Assembly: GCF_000143415.4 (NCBI RefSeq)
Contig: NW_003314274.1
Span: 2,276,623-2,340,622, forward strand
Source of the DNA: Selaginella moellendorffii
Taxonomy: Eukaryota > Plantae > Lycopodiophyta
Reading direction: 5' to 3'
Length of the DNA: 64,000 nucleotides
The number at the start of each line of letters is the position of its first letter. Position 1 is the stretch's first letter. The notes under the pieces were generated by a model. That model saw only the letters and a list, made by a program, of their open reading frames with translations, made no database searches and had not been told where the DNA came from. Positions 48,479 to 62,700 of this stretch are shown in pieces. The translations under genes were made by a program, and so were the position numbers.

Positions 48479-49400
48479 ATGCCACTCTGGAAAGATTTCG
48501 TGGGGTGACGATCACAGCGCAGGCACTTGAAGAGGAATTATATTTGGAGGTCGACTGGAGACCCTCTTTGTTTCTCGTGTTTCGAAGGGCACTGGGTCTT
48601 ATGCCTTCCGGACGGGGCTTGTTTGTCACGTTTATGGATACAAATGCTGAAGTTGCTCGAGAGCTATATCCTACGGGGAAGCATGAAGATGAATTATACA
48701 CGCCAATACATATTATAGGATCTAGCGATGTCTTCAGCAAGACTCCATCGCTCCGATTCGACGTTACAGAGAACGAAAACCTGTTCAAGCATGGGAGGAT
48801 GCATTCCAAGCTTTCCGGAGGCATGAAAGTGGAGGACTGCTGGGATTTGCGAAGTATAAGCTGATTGGTTGCTAGGAACAGCATAGTGTAAGTACGAGTC
48901 TGACCTTTCCTGCTTGACAAGCTCGGACAGGACATCTAAAGCGGGACTTGTCATCATGCATAAGACGTGCCGCTGCCTTATAGGGGGCTTGCTGGGGGAA
49001 CGATTTCTGGACGACGTGGGTGACTACCTGCAGCAGCTTGGAGACCGAAGGACTGCATTCCTCGTAAGTTTCGTCATTTCAATCACTTCGTTCCGTGCGC
49101 AAAGGGTGTCAAGCTTTCCACGCAGAAACTGTGAAACTTTGGGTTCATAAAGCTGCATTAGTATACAGACTGCCAGAGGAGTTCGCAAGTGACATGGGAT
49201 TTCCTTGGGTGGAGTTTGACGGAAATCCTTGGTCTGCGAAGGGCAGAATTTTGATGACTAAGTTGCGTTGATTATGAATCTGAAATACACTTATCCGTTC
49301 CTGAAAGGTGATGTTATCCAGAGCCTGACCGCTTGCTAACTATTTGCAGATCCTGACGTTCTCAATGCGGAGGACTTTGGTCAGGCAGAGAATGTATGTC
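48478..49400 (+). pseudogene. Decayed gene resembling fungal/oomycete Crinkler-type NTPase-nuclease proteins
   Basis: SLFLVFRRALGLMP..GLFVTFMDTNAEVA, LYTPIHII..SDVF, LFKHGR, KLSGG and a downstream FNHFV motif (about 49078); no in-frame ATG, multiple stops. Confidence 0.4.
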
Positions 49401-52400
49401 GTTTGTGCTTGTGATACAATATAATGTGAATTCAATAATCCTTATTACAAGTTTAAAACATACATGTTCTTAAACTATCCTTTTTAACTTGAGCCCTTTA
49501 TCTCATTATTTATTATCAATGCTGCTGAAAAAGCACGAGACAGACGTCCCTATGCAGAGATCCCAAGCCCAAATAATAATAATAATAATAATAACAGCTA
49601 TTTCAAGTCACAAGGACCCACAAAAGGCATCAAACCATCTTATCTACTGTTGGTGTGGAGTGCAGGTTTAAGGATAGCAAGCACCTCATTGTGGAAGTTT
49701 GTGGTGGCAGTGAGGTACTCACAAAGTGGCTGATGTTGCCATTGCTAAAGGAAGAGAGGGAGGGGCAGCTCAAAATTGAGGAGTAGTTCTTTGTCCTGTT
49801 GTTGTCTGTAAAGCATTTAAGAAGCAGGAATGGGACAAAGTCCAATGGCAAGTGCCTCTTCTAGTGATATCAACGTTGTGTTTCCTGGACAAGGATCTCC
49901 TCAATGTCATGCCTCCACATCATGTCTTGATCATTTCATACATTAATTAATGCCACCTGTAGCATTTGTAGTGTGGAACGTCCATCTTGTACTGCCGAGG
50001 ATGACATGAAGGTTCATTATATCAAGGACTAGCAGCTTATGTAAATCCCTTCGTCTCATGCTTCTTACCAGAAGACCATGTAAACAGCATATGAATGAGA
50101 AGTTGGCATTTCTAAGTTCATGCTCAAGTCCACATAAATCAAGATGGAGCATAAACTGCTTATCAATGTCCATTATAAGATTACAAAAGCAGGTGAAATT
50201 CCTGAATTTTTATTATTATTAGTACATGTTAAGATCATTAGTGCCCAGGCAATTGCACATCTTGCACATTGCATATAAATAGGCATGCTGTCTTTCGTCG
50301 AACAGGAGCACGACATTGCAATCACACAAATATGAGATATCAAAATAAAAAGACTATATCTTGCCCTTAAATAGTTGCCAGAGTGGAACGCTCTTGTGAA
50401 CGTTTTATGTTGCGATCTTTTAAGCTTCCTTCGCTGAACCACAATTGAATCAAATTTCCAAGTCAGAAAAGAGCAGCATTGTGCAGTACCTGATGAACAA
50501 AAGTTGAAGTTTTCTTCCTTGGCACTCTAAGCTTTTGCATGCTTCGAGAACTTTGTTGTACTCTTGGCCAGAACGGGTGGCTAATGCCTGGCTATCAAAA
50601 TGAAAAAGCAGAATAAAAATCAGTGGAAGAATTTTGGAGGTAATGTGAATAACCTGTGAACAAAAAGTGGCTCAGTTTTTGTGTTGTTTCAACTCTATAA
50701 TCACTATCACATTTCTTATCCTCTACCAAAATCCAGCCTATCACCCTACAAAGAATATGTGTCCACGATGACCATAAGAAAAAATAGAGAGAAGAAACCA
50801 CTTTCATAAGCAATGAACTTGAAATAAGATTTTCTTCTTACTTTGGATGGAGCTCTTGCTTCGTCTGTGAGAGACTAAGGAGCAATCTTGCTAGAACCAG
50901 TCGTCATATTATGTACAGCACCTCTGGTGGTTGTTATATCATGACAACAAATATGAATATTTTTAGTTAGAAAAACAAGAAATAAAGTACCTTAATTTAA
51001 TCCATTAAGACTCTAGTGAAGATGAGCTAGTGCACTTGTCTCGTGTGGGAGGCAAGGTAACACACTTTAACCTTATATTACATTAACACTCTTTTTCAAC
51101 TATTTTCAAGATTTAGTGATTATTAGTTATTTTGCAACTAGTAATTACTCATAGACTTTGTTGAGGATTATTTAACATTTGCTTCACTCAATGAAGGTTC
51201 TTTCTCTCTCTGTCTCTCTCTCTGTCTCTCTCTCTCTGTGTGAGAGATTATTTTTAAATCTAATCATCCACAATTGATCAATTCAGGCCTTGATCTGTTC
51301 AGCTCCTCTAGCCACAATGGTATATGTACGGGTAGCTATAATTTCTGCAAGCTCGCAGTGGACACAGCTTTTTTTCTTTATAATTGTGCGGAATAACTGG
51401 TTAGCCAATGTTCATCAACACACACTTCATGTAGTTATGGTTAGTTTGAAGGTCGATGGATATGTTCTAGACCAGCTGCCTTCAATCAAGCCGTCCAACA
51501 TAGGAACTTGAGTAGTTGCAATGGGTCTTTGCATCTGCATTTACTTAGATCTCAAGTGTACACATAGTGGTTATCATTGGATCATCTCTTGAGCAGTTGA
51601 AATGATCGTCGCATGGACAAGATGGTTGCAGACATCAAATCCCTTTGCCTGCTGCTGCTGCTGGTTGTTTGTGTGTTTCCCCATCTCAAAGTCAATGATC
51701 ACAAGAGAAAAGAATAGATTGCATGCAAAGCACTAGTTATTTTGTGGCAAGCTAAGTAACACTCTGGAAGCAGCACTAATAGCTGAATGATGGATCTTAT
51801 AGAGATCCAAACAGATCTCATGAGCTGTACTGGATTAAATCATGAGAAATACAAGGAAAGAGAGAACAGGAAGAAGAAGAAAGAAAGAGGAAGAGAGAAA
51901 GAACTATGATAAAATGTGGTATGCTTCCCCCGGTATGTTTCCTTCCACCTTGTCTAGTTGTACAAAGCTTTGCCTCCACAGATCACTCCTAACAGATCTC
52001 TTGGTCCCTAATGTGATTGATACAAAGTTCGAGACATTGCCATGGCTTAAAGAAGGACAACATGCAAATTCTTGTGACAAGTCACATACACAATACCTAG
52101 CAAGAAGTCACAAAAAATCATGCAAAAGCAGCTCGCTGCAATTCCAAAAGTGTGTTCCAGATTCCTCAGTGACATTTTTTAAAGCTTTATACATTAGTAG
52201 ACCTTAAATCTTCATTCTCAGGCAAGAAAATATATCTTTTGCAGATCCCCTATCAACCTCGTAAAATGATCACCTACAATCCAGAAAAAGAGTTTGTTCA
52301 AGCAATTTGGCTGCTGTGTCCCCTCTGATCAATGGTATTGGACAGCCAGCTTGTGATGATACATTGTTGGGTATTGGCATCTGTGAGACTTTGATCACCA

Positions 52401-54542
52401 TAACCGTAACAAAGGTCTTGAACACCCATGAAGAGAGAAGTTTAAAAGTAGGGCAATCTCATACCTTGTATGACAAGAGGATGCTGTAGAGAACAAGTGT
52501 TAAAAACACTTAAAATACCAAATCAATCACCATGCCACTTATTAAAACATTTCTGAACTTTAAATAGTATTTATTAATATTGAAATGGGATTTTGGCAGG
52601 TTTATATTGAAATTTAAAAAAATTCTCTTTATGAAAATAATTCTTTACTTAAAGCATTATAATAATTAATGTTTTTTACTATCTCAAGGTCTTATAAAAT
52701 GTTGTAGTGTGCTTTGTGTTTTCAAGTTCAAGTTCAAGTGGTAATATTCTTTGGCTTTCAAGTCTGAGTCATAATGTATAATAGTATTCAAAATCTAGAT
52801 CATATAATATTTGAATATGTCAAGAGAAAAAAATATTGTACATGAGGAAGGAACACTAGGCTTAGAATGAAAAATAAAAAATGGCTGGAAAGAGCAAAAA
52901 GGTAAAAAGAGGATCAAATAGTAGATTAAAGGATTGATATTTACCCCTTGAAATCTCTAACTCATCTCCAAAGCTACTTTCTTAATAATCAAATTCCTCG
53001 TCACAATTTAGAATCAATTTAAATTATAAATATCATCTTCCTATAAACTTAATCCTCAAACATTTTCCAAGAATTAGATTGCATCATTTATAGCTTACCA
53101 GTTGATGTTATAATCATGCTCTACATCAATAGAAAATTGTAAAATATTGAGAATAGGACATCAAAAGAAAGAACAGATCTAAGCACAATAATAACTAGAA
53201 TTCTAGATCTTGCAAAAGACCAATACAAATCTAAATCTAAAAGAGAATGAAGAAATAAAAATAAAAAGTATAATCCCATATTGGTGGAATTGAGGGGCAT
53301 TACAATTTATCTTTGAAATGCAAAGTTTTTTAGTAGTGCTTTGCTTTAGTGTTCAAGTGCTCAAGATATAAGAATAAATATATTAATTGGGGTTTATACC
53401 CTTTTTTATATACAAGAATGGATGGATTAGATTTAGTCCTAAATAAACAGTCTATATGTTATAGTACCATAATTAGTGTATTACCTAGCCAAGATAATAC
53501 ATATATATTTGCAAAAGTTTCATCAAGGAAAGTTTGAGTCAATCGAGAAATATACAACTTGATTTAACAAAAATTATAAGCATTGTAAAGACTTAGTATC
53601 TAAAGATTAAATCAAAATTGTTTGCCAACTATTTATTTCAAACACAATTACTACAATTTTATCTCTTCTATACACACTTCAATAACATCCATATATTAGT
53701 CACAATGTCAGTGCTTGAATATCTAGAACAACTAAAACATGACTCTCTCTCTTTCCCTCTCTCCCCCTTTCCCTTTCTCTCTCTATAAATGTAAAGGAAT
53801 ATCCTATAATATAATTTCCTTAAAAACTTTATGTAATGCTCATTAATGCAAGTGTATCTATGGCAAAAGCTTTGAACTAGTCTTCAGTGGCTAGAAATAT
53901 TATCTAATTCCTATTGAGATTACTCTAATTCCTTACCCAAAAGCTATGTGTACTCTCCAAAAACTATATTATAAGCATCAAGGAATTGGAAAGTAAAGGC
54001 TAAATTCTAGATGATTTTCTTGATCTTAGTTGCATGAGAAGTGAGAGAAATATAAAACTCTAATTATTGATTTTGACCTTATATTTGATAGTAAATTAAC
54101 CACAAAATGGAATTTAGCCCTTGGATACATGTGCCAAGGACAATAGAATAAGACCGAGTTTTAAGGCTTTGTGTTACTAAATGAAGGGATGGAAAGCAAG
54201 TGAAGGGTTAGGAGTATAAAGTAGCATTCAATATCCCAATGCTAAAATTAGCATATAAAATGGAGTTTAATAAAGTTTGACACTATTTTAGCATACTAAT
54301 GGCTTATCATAAATTATACCACTTATAACTCCCCCCCCCCTCTTCCCAACACACAGGAAACCCACCAAGACCCTTCTATATATAGTTAAATCATCTACTT
54401 TTATAAACTATATTTATGGAACTATGTTAATTTATTATCTATAGATGGTCATATACTATATATAACATAAATTTTCTTTTTATATTATTATGCAGAAATT
54501 GTTCTTGAAATCTATCTTATACAGTATATATAATTTGAATCT

Positions 54543-54544
<2 letters not shown>

Positions 54545-54591
<47 letters not shown>
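54545..54591. repeat. (TA)n microsatellite
   Basis: Perfect TA run. Confidence 0.95.
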
Positions 54592-54596
<5 letters not shown>

Positions 54597-56784
54597 TGTA
54601 TTGAAAGAAAATGATGTGTACCTATCTAAAGCTCATGTGCACCAAATGCTTTAGAGGCTATTGTATGAAAAAAGGCATTAGGCTTCATATCCAATGAATC
54701 TATCTATATTGGCCTCTAATTTTTTCAAGCCCAATCAATTTGCATTCTTAATTGCTAAGGGGACACCACTCATTTCAATGGAGCTGTGGTATTAAAGTGT
54801 TAATAAATGAGCAAAAACTTCTTTGAGGAGCTAAAGTTGAGTTGCAAGTGTTGATCATCAGAAGGCTTAGGACAAGAAAATAATCAATGCATTATAACTC
54901 ACCTTTAGCAAAGCTAACATCATTGACTAGTGATCTTATTATGTGCTTTTTGCATGTCTCATAGATTTTCTTACTCATCTATGAGTAAAGTGAGAGCTGA
55001 AAGTATAGAAATTCTAAATCAAGCCTAAAGGAGCAGAGATTATTCTTATTGAACCTTTGTGAGAAAAGAGTTTCTGAAATGACCACACTTCTTGATTTTA
55101 TATAAGTCATTGTAGTAAAACTTTTATAGCTCAATAAAAAATAAGAGAGACAAGTCTATTTGCTAAAGCATGGATAGTAAGTGCAAAACTACCCCCCTTA
55201 TATGGAGAAGAATAAATAAAAAGAATGTATAAAGCCAAAAATAACTAAAGACATAGTCAAAGGTGATTATATAAATTGGGAATGAGGAATCAAATAAGAA
55301 TTCAAGGGTTTGCTATTTACAAATATGGTACCATAAAGAAACTAAAGTATATAAGTATTCATATTAGACCACATGCAAGTAAAAAACTTGTGAAGGGAAA
55401 AACCTTAAGAAGTGAAGGGGTGGAATCCCCTCAATGTTTCAAAGGCAAATTTGAGTATGTTGAGTATATCTAAGGCATTTTTTGTGGGGAGTCACACTAA
55501 GGATTTTATATAGGGAATCACGCTAAATATTTTGTATGAGGTGTCATGCTAAAAATTTATATGATACCATAGATGCATATATGGAGGTTGGGTTAGAGTC
55601 CCAACTATTTAATACTTAGAGGGCACTAAAGCGTAGTTATGATTTGGAATAAGAGGATATTCATTTTTCGGTGGTTATAAACTTTTGACAAGGAGGTTGG
55701 TGGGAGATGCTTTGGAGTTGTAATCCACAGTTAGTATGTTTAATATGAAAACTTGACATATCTAACTTGAATACTTTAGTACAAATGGCACAAATGATGT
55801 GGTGAATGGGATAAGGATATTCAATCTCCATTGCTATAGGCCAAATAGGCTAGCTTGGGCATACTACCAAGTGTGGGGGTACCCCTGAATCAACAACTCA
55901 AAGATTGAGTAAACTTAATATTTATTAGTAAATATATTGAAGTTTTTATTTGGGATCACTAAATGATCTTATGGTTGGTCAAGGACAAGCTCTTTACTGT
56001 GTTTAAGAAAAAGATTTTTAATTCAAATTAATGATTTAAACAAATGGTATGGTGTAACTAAGTTAAGGTAATTGAGTGGGAAAGACATTTAAGATGAAAT
56101 GGTCAGATACAATATAATGATATTGTGAATTCAAGAAATAGTCTCTAAAAAAAGGACTTATAAAGGTTAAGAGATTAAGCAATAAATAGAGCCCACTAAT
56201 GAAAAAAGTGAATACCCTATAGACTTAGAAAAGTAAAGTCTTTGTTGTGGAATAACAAAATACCCTAAATATGAAGGTGGTGATTCTGGTGTAAATAACC
56301 AAAGGATAGGAGTAAAAGACTAATAGTTATGAATAGCCTAATAAACTGTTGAAACAAATCTAAATGATAAATTATATGAGAAACTATTAAAGGGTGGGTG
56401 TTGATGGATGTATGGGAAAAGTCATAGAGTTCCAAGGGAAGGAAAGCCTTAATGCTCCAAGTTGGTGAAAAGTGAAAGTTTTAAAAGATGGAGTGGCAAT
56501 GTATAGAGCCATGAGCAACCCTAGTATAAATTATAGATCTAAAAAGTGATAATAACTAAGTAACCTAACAAATAAGTAAAAGTATAGGATTAAGAGATTC
56601 TAAGATAAATCCCAATTATGTGAAAGGGGGTAGATGCAATCAATTTTGGAAGATAGCTATGAGAACACCATAGGTGATAGAGTTGTATTATGGATATTCT
56701 AAAAGAGAAAACTCTATAGAAAGTTCTACCATATGATAAGTGGAACTTAGTGCCTAAGTTAGCATAGAATAAAAGAGAGAACAG

Positions 56785-56865
56785 ACATCCAAATAGAAAT
56801 TTACAAATTAGTATCATAAATAGCTATAAATCCTTCATTATTTACACACAAGACCCAAATATTTT
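56785..56865 (-). pseudogene. Fragment duplicating the 3' end of the lectin gene
   Basis: ccaaatagaaattt.caaattagtatcataaa.agctataaatccttcattatttacacacaa matches 57875-57938. Confidence 0.75.
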
Positions 56866-57856
56866 TCTAATGAGCAATTAGAAAATATTTTTCTAAATAT
56901 TTTGTGCTTGCAAGTATCCTAGTAAATATTTTATTCTTCAACTTACTCAACACATAATTTCATCCTTTACCAATAAGTTTATCAATTTAATTAAAGTTAT
57001 ACAAAAATAGTAATTTCAAATAAAACTTATTTGTATATCCTGACTTTTATATCACTAAGGTTACACATAAATTAGGATTGAATTGTGAGAATCAATGCAA
57101 TAATTGATAAAAGGTGCTAGGGCAAGATTGAGGATGACTGTACCATCTTAATTCACTTGTAATTGGGTATTTCTTTAGTAGGAATATTTTATAGAAAATC
57201 CATTACAAAGCAAAGAGATTTTGTAAGTTGTATAAGGTAAGTTCTAGATATAAATTTGAAAGCTATAAAAAAAAGACTTTCTTCTTTGTTTTCAACTGAT
57301 GGAGCTACAGGAGCTACTTTCTACTGATTAATAAAGCATGTAACTCTTAAATTTTGATAACTAAAGGTTCTAGTATGCTAATAGTCAAACGGACCTTGAT
57401 AAAAAAATGAAAGACAAAGAAGACGATTTAGTTTTTTGTTAATTTTTGCAAGTTTCTTAACTCCACTTCCTTTCATTCCACATAATCTGAAAAGTTTAAA
57501 TATTAGAATTTCTTACTAATGAAAATACTTAAGAAGTGACATATTCTCATTCTTCTTTCAATTTCAGAATTATCTAATTTAAAAACCATCTGTAAGGTAT
57601 GTTCCCTCATGGGTATCTATTCAATTTACCTGAGAGCATTATTACTGATGCAAATTACACAGCTATTATTGTGGGGTTACATAAAAATGTAAGCAATTTT
57701 TTCTTTTTTTTCTCATCCACAAGCCATCACCATGGTTGTAAATTATACTATGAATTCACACTAGCACAAAAATACCACACATGTGGATGGACTCTTACTA
57801 TATGAAGGAATTCATAATAGTATTTTAATGTGGGGGTTATTAAATAATATTTAAGT

Positions 57857-58741
57857 TTAATTAGTTTTAGACCTCCAAATAGAAATTTGTAAATTAGTAT
57901 CATAAACAGCTATAAATCCTTCATTATTTACACACAAAGAAAACGTGACCCAAATTTTTTTCCAATACAAATTATAGGACCATATAAGTTTAAAATATTT
58001 ATCATAAATTACTAAATTACCATCTTTTTGTAAGTGAAGAAAACATTTAATTCCTTTACCATTAGTTTTGGTATCCCAGATATTAATTTTTTTAAAATAA
58101 AGCACTAAGTTACAATCAAATTGCATAATCAAAATAAAAAACATATTAGGTGATTGCAAAAATTCTCCAGTATACAATTTTGAAAAATAAGAATAATGTG
58201 GTCCACTTTTAATACAAGTTTTATGAATGTCACAATCTGATATTAATTGATTTTGATGATAATTATAAAAAACTGGGACTATAGTACTAAATTCATTTAA
58301 TTCAAAATCTACAGTATATGATATTGAATATCGAGAAGATATATACTTTACAGAGCTATAAGTTATAAAATCATTTATAACATATGTATCTAATATATGA
58401 TTAAATTCACGTTGCAAAGCTGTTCCACTATTTAGATTATACAAAAAAGGAATAATACTACAAAGATAAATATAATATTTTCTATTTTCTTGTATATCAT
58501 AAGCTTCTATTAAAACTATTAAACTCTTTTTTTCTTCATATAACACTCTAGAAAATGAAAATCCCAAGAATATTTCTTTACGTTTTCCTACTTCTTGAAT
58601 AAGATTTTTTATGATAGGTATTATAACATTTTGTCTATATTCAATTGTTATACCTTCTTTTGGTCCTTCATAATATTTTATTATACATTCAATAGATTGC
58701 ATGATTAAAACTATTATAACAAATATTTGATTAAAAAACAT
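57857..58741 (-). CDS. Secreted protein with unknown N-terminal domain and C-terminal bulb-type (GNA-like) mannose-binding lectin domain, intronless
   Basis: Signal-peptide-like MFFNQIFVIIVLIMQSIEC; LYTGEFL, MQFDCNLVLY, IWDTKTNGKG, LQKDGNLVIY (QxDxNxVxY motifs), IWRS; 294 codons open despite very low GC. Confidence 0.8.
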   Translation of the reverse strand: MFFNQIFVIIVLIMQSIECIIKYYEGPKEGITIEYRQNVIIPIIKNLIQEVGKRKEIFLGFSFSRVLYEEKKSLIVLIEAYDIQENRKYYIYLCSIIPFLYNLNSGTALQREFNHILDTYVINDFITYSSVKYISSRYSISYTVDFELNEFSTIVPVFYNYHQNQLISDCDIHKTCIKSGPHYSYFSKLYTGEFLQSPNMFFILIMQFDCNLVLYFKKINIWDTKTNGKGIKCFLHLQKDGNLVIYDKYFKLIWSYNLYWKKIWVTFSLCVNNEGFIAVYDTNLQISIWRSKTN

Positions 58742-59183
58742 AGTTTAAGAAAGTTAATAAATTTAAGCTTCTAGAGTTTGGAAAACAATATAGCAAGAAT
58801 TGTTTTTAAATATTTTTTCTGTATACTGTTTCTTATTTTATTAAGTATTTTTTATTTTAAAATGTCTTTTAAGTAGAATGTTTGTTAGGAAGCTATGCTT
58901 AGACATATGGCAATATATGCCTACCTATATGCCTATATATATAGTTTGTATTTAAGAATAGTGTCTTAAATTATAGCAGATCGATATTCAATTGTGCCTT
59001 TGAAATTTGAGGTTATTAGCAACTCTTTTATTGCTATTTCAAAGGTTGCTCAGTGTGACACCATGTTTTTATTGAAAGGGGCTTGAAAGTCATCATGTGT
59101 GTGTCTAAAAAGCCTAAAATATCTATTTTGTTAAAATTATTTGATACATTTTGCATGAAAAGTTAGAATGAAAATATGAATAT

Positions 59184-59222
59184 GAGAGAGAGAGGGAGAG
59201 AGAGAGAATATGAATGTGTGTT

Positions 59223-59253
<31 letters not shown>
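59184..59253. repeat. Compound (GA)n/(GT)n microsatellite
   Basis: GA and GT runs seen directly. Confidence 0.85.
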
Positions 59254-59254
<1 letters not shown>

Positions 59255-59706
59255 TTCTCCTCACATCTATATAATGGTTATTACCCACCATTGTTGCAAG
59301 ATTTAGAGTTTGCCTTCTCTTAATAACATTGAAAATCAAGGTTACTATAAATAGTTTCTATAGCAAAAAAATTAAAACGAAATTGTCATAGCCAATTTAC
59401 CATGCCGGACATGCATGAGGAAGTAATGCCCTCATCATGGAATCCAGGTGTATACGCCCAACTCAATGGAACAGCAGGGTGCTTCACGTTGCTAAACAAA
59501 GATGTTTGAATTCATCTCCAATGTTTTGGGGTCAAATTGATAATTGTGAAAGAGGCCAAGGTCTTAGCGGTTATCACAAATGTCAAGGCTATGGGCAACA
59601 AAAAGAGGCACCAGTGCTTCCCATTTACCCTTTATTACTGAAAGCCATAAAAGTTAAAACGCTCGCCAAAAATTTTCGTAGCCCTAAAGTTCTATTTCTT
59701 CTCATC

Positions 59707-62700
59707 ATGCTGAGGCTACGCGCGTTCCGCCCCAGCAACGACAAGATCGTGAAGATCCAATTCCATCCCACGCAGCCCTGGCTCGCAGCTGCCGATGGAT
59801 CCGACGCCGTCGTCGTCTGGGACTGGGAGAATCGTCAGGTGAGCTGCTCCTGCTCGGGAAATCTCACAGATCTGGGGTTTTAGGTCCTGTATGAGCTCAA
59901 TGCCGGGGGTGTGGACGCCAAGCGCCTTGTCGGAGCACAGCTCCAGAAGCTTGCGGAGGGAGAGTCGGGTAAATATTTTAGGATGCTCTCGCATTTTCTG
60001 CTGCTCTTGATCCATTCTATCCTCTCTTCATAGAGTCCAAATCCAAGCCTACCGAGGCGATTCGTGGAGGAAGGTACCCAAGTCTGTGACCAGCTTACAC
60101 TTGGTTCTAATGGTGTTCTCCTTTATTTCCTTGGCAGTGTGAAGCACCTCAGATTTTACGATGACGATGTCCGCTTCTGGCAATGGTGGATCAGTCGAAC
60201 AGCAGCAGTGGACGCTCAATCCTCTCCAGCACAGTTTTCTCCACCCGGTTCTTCGGGTAGTTCTGGCTCCACGCGAGGCCGGCGCTTCCTTGTTATCTGC
60301 TGCGAAAACAAAGCCATCTTCTTGGATCTGGTCACAATGCGTGCTCGAGACGTTCCCAAACAAATCCTGGAAAACAAAGCTCCTCTTTGGTATGGCTTCA
60401 AGTTTCAGTTCTTTTTATCTAGCGTCGTTTTGGGATGACAGTGTCGAGTTTCTTCCACGCTTTACTTCTGGAGATGGCACTTTTGCGGCATTTGGTGGCT
60501 CCGACGGAAATATTCGCCTTCTGTCTCTTACAAATTGGCAGGTTCCCGGACTATAGTTACTTCGTATCGTTGTCATGTTGTAGTTTCGTTTGTTTTTCAG
60601 ATGGCTCAAAAGTATATTGGCGGCCACAAGGGATCAGTTGTGTGTCTGATGACTTTTATGACGTCTAGTGGGGAGGTATGTTGAGAGCTCTTGGATTTAT
60701 ACCGAGCTTAGCGTAACTCTCTGAATTCCAGACGCTTTTGGTGTCTGGGGCTACCGATGGTTTTATTGTTGTATGGAATGGCGACAATCCTCTGGCATTA
60801 CGAGAAATTTCTCCAAAGCTGTCGTTGAAGGTAGTCCCTTAGAGCTTATTGTTCATTCCTGAATATTACATGTTCCCTCTACAGGCTCACGATGGTGGTG
60901 TGCACGGTATGGAAATGGCAAAAATACAAGGGGGACCTCCTCAGCTTATAACCATAGGTGCTGACAAAACATTGGCCATCTGGGATATCACTTCTTTCAA
61001 GGTAAGAACGGTTGCTCTTGGAAATTAATTTTCAAGTTATTGCTGCAGGAACTAAGAAGAATCAAGCCCATTCCAAAAGTTGCGTGTCAAAGTGTTGCCT
61101 CCTGGTGCCATCCTCGTGCCCCCAACGTGGACATCCTGACTTGTGTGAAGGACTCACATATTTGGTACGTGCTTTTGGTATGTCTATTGGTCTACAAAGT
61201 TTTTGTTTCTGCAGGGCTATTGAGCATGCAACTTACATGGCCATGACACGACCATTATGTGACTTGAGCTTACAAGTTCCCTCTGCATTTATAGCAGCTA
61301 CCAAGAAACTTAAGGTTTTCCTTGTGATGGTCTTGTGTTTACGTTCTTACGATGAATTATTTGCTTTTTGGCAGGCATATTGCATGACAGTACACCCGTT
61401 GCAACCCCATTTCGTTGCAACAGGAACAAACATTGGAGTTATTCTGAGCGAATTTGATGCGAAATCAATACCACCAGCAGCTGCCTTGCTACCCGTGCCT
61501 GGAACCAAGGAACATTCTGTTGTATATACTGCTGAGAAGGACCTCAACCTGCTTTCTTTTCAACTCTCATCTCCTGCAACAGACGGACGGCCGAGGACAG
61601 ACATCGGGGAGGCACCTCAGATACTCAAACAAGTGAGGACCAGAGTTTGCCCCGTGCCTCATGAGACCTTTTCACAACTTAGTATAAGCAGTTCTGGGAA
61701 GTACGTGCTCTAAAACTTTTGTAGGATTGCTAACATGCTCTTTGTGCAGGTTTGTTTCGGTTGTGTGGCCAGATGTGCCATATTTCGCCGTCTACAGAGT
61801 GAGTGACTGGGCGATGATAGACTCGGGTCAAGCAAGGTTTTTTGCATGGGACTCGTGCAAAGAAAGATACGCACTTGTGGAAGCTGTTGCAGCCCCCAGA
61901 ATACTTCCTCTGGGAAAAGGTGGATCATCAAAGAAGGCTAAAGAAGCAGCTGCGCAGGCGGCCGCTGCTGCCGCTGCTGCAGCAAGTGCAGCAGCTGCTG
62001 CTACAGTTGAGATACGAATTTTGCTGGACGATGGAAGCCCAAACCTCCTAACGAAGAGCCTGGAAGGGAGACCCGAACAGGTATTGTATGCACGTCGAGC
62101 TCGTAAAACTCAATTGCCTTTTTTGAATTTCAAGGTTATCGGACTTCAAGGAGGTGCATTATTGGGTGTAGCCTATAAGCTCCCTCGGATGTCAATCGTT
62201 CCTAGCTCATCGACATTTTCTACCCTTGAGGATATGGGAAGGACAACGATCGCAGAAACTTCTGCAAATTTCGTGCTTTACAGGTACTGGTTGCAGTGTT
62301 AGTATTTAGTTAGTATAACAATGCATCGCTCTTTTCAGCTGGGAGACGTTCAAGCCTATCAGCGGCATGCTCCCTCAGCCTGAGTGGTCTGCTTGGGATC
62401 AAACTGTGGAGTATTGCGCTCTTGCATATCAACGTCACGTTGTTATTTCGTCTCTACGTCCTCAGTATCGCTATCTCGGTAATGTAGCAATTGCAGGCGC
62501 CACTGGTGGTGTATGGCATCGTCGGCAACTTTTTATTGCTACACCAACAACTATCGAGTCAGTTTGTGTATTCTATGAATGCACATCTGACTTTTATTTT
62601 TATTTTTTTTTTCGTGCAGGTGTGTGTTCGTCGATGCGGGAGTAAGTGCCATTGATGTTGAAAGAATGAAGAGGAAGGAAGAGATGAAAAATCGTGCAGC

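Noticed and set aside
49450-52500. Moderately GC-rich, exon-like decayed fragments
   Set aside because: No frame gave a recognisable family; many stops.
54900-56780. Purine-rich AT-rich tract with about 31-bp imperfect repeats at 55490-55560; possible Gypsy relic or CRISPR-like array
   Set aside because: No RT or integrase motifs readable; repeats are degenerate with no unique spacers, and the context is eukaryotic.
59437-59706. Upstream in-frame extension of the TWD40 ORF
   Set aside because: Conserved family N-terminus begins at MLRLRAFRP (59707); the extension covers promoter-like sequence.
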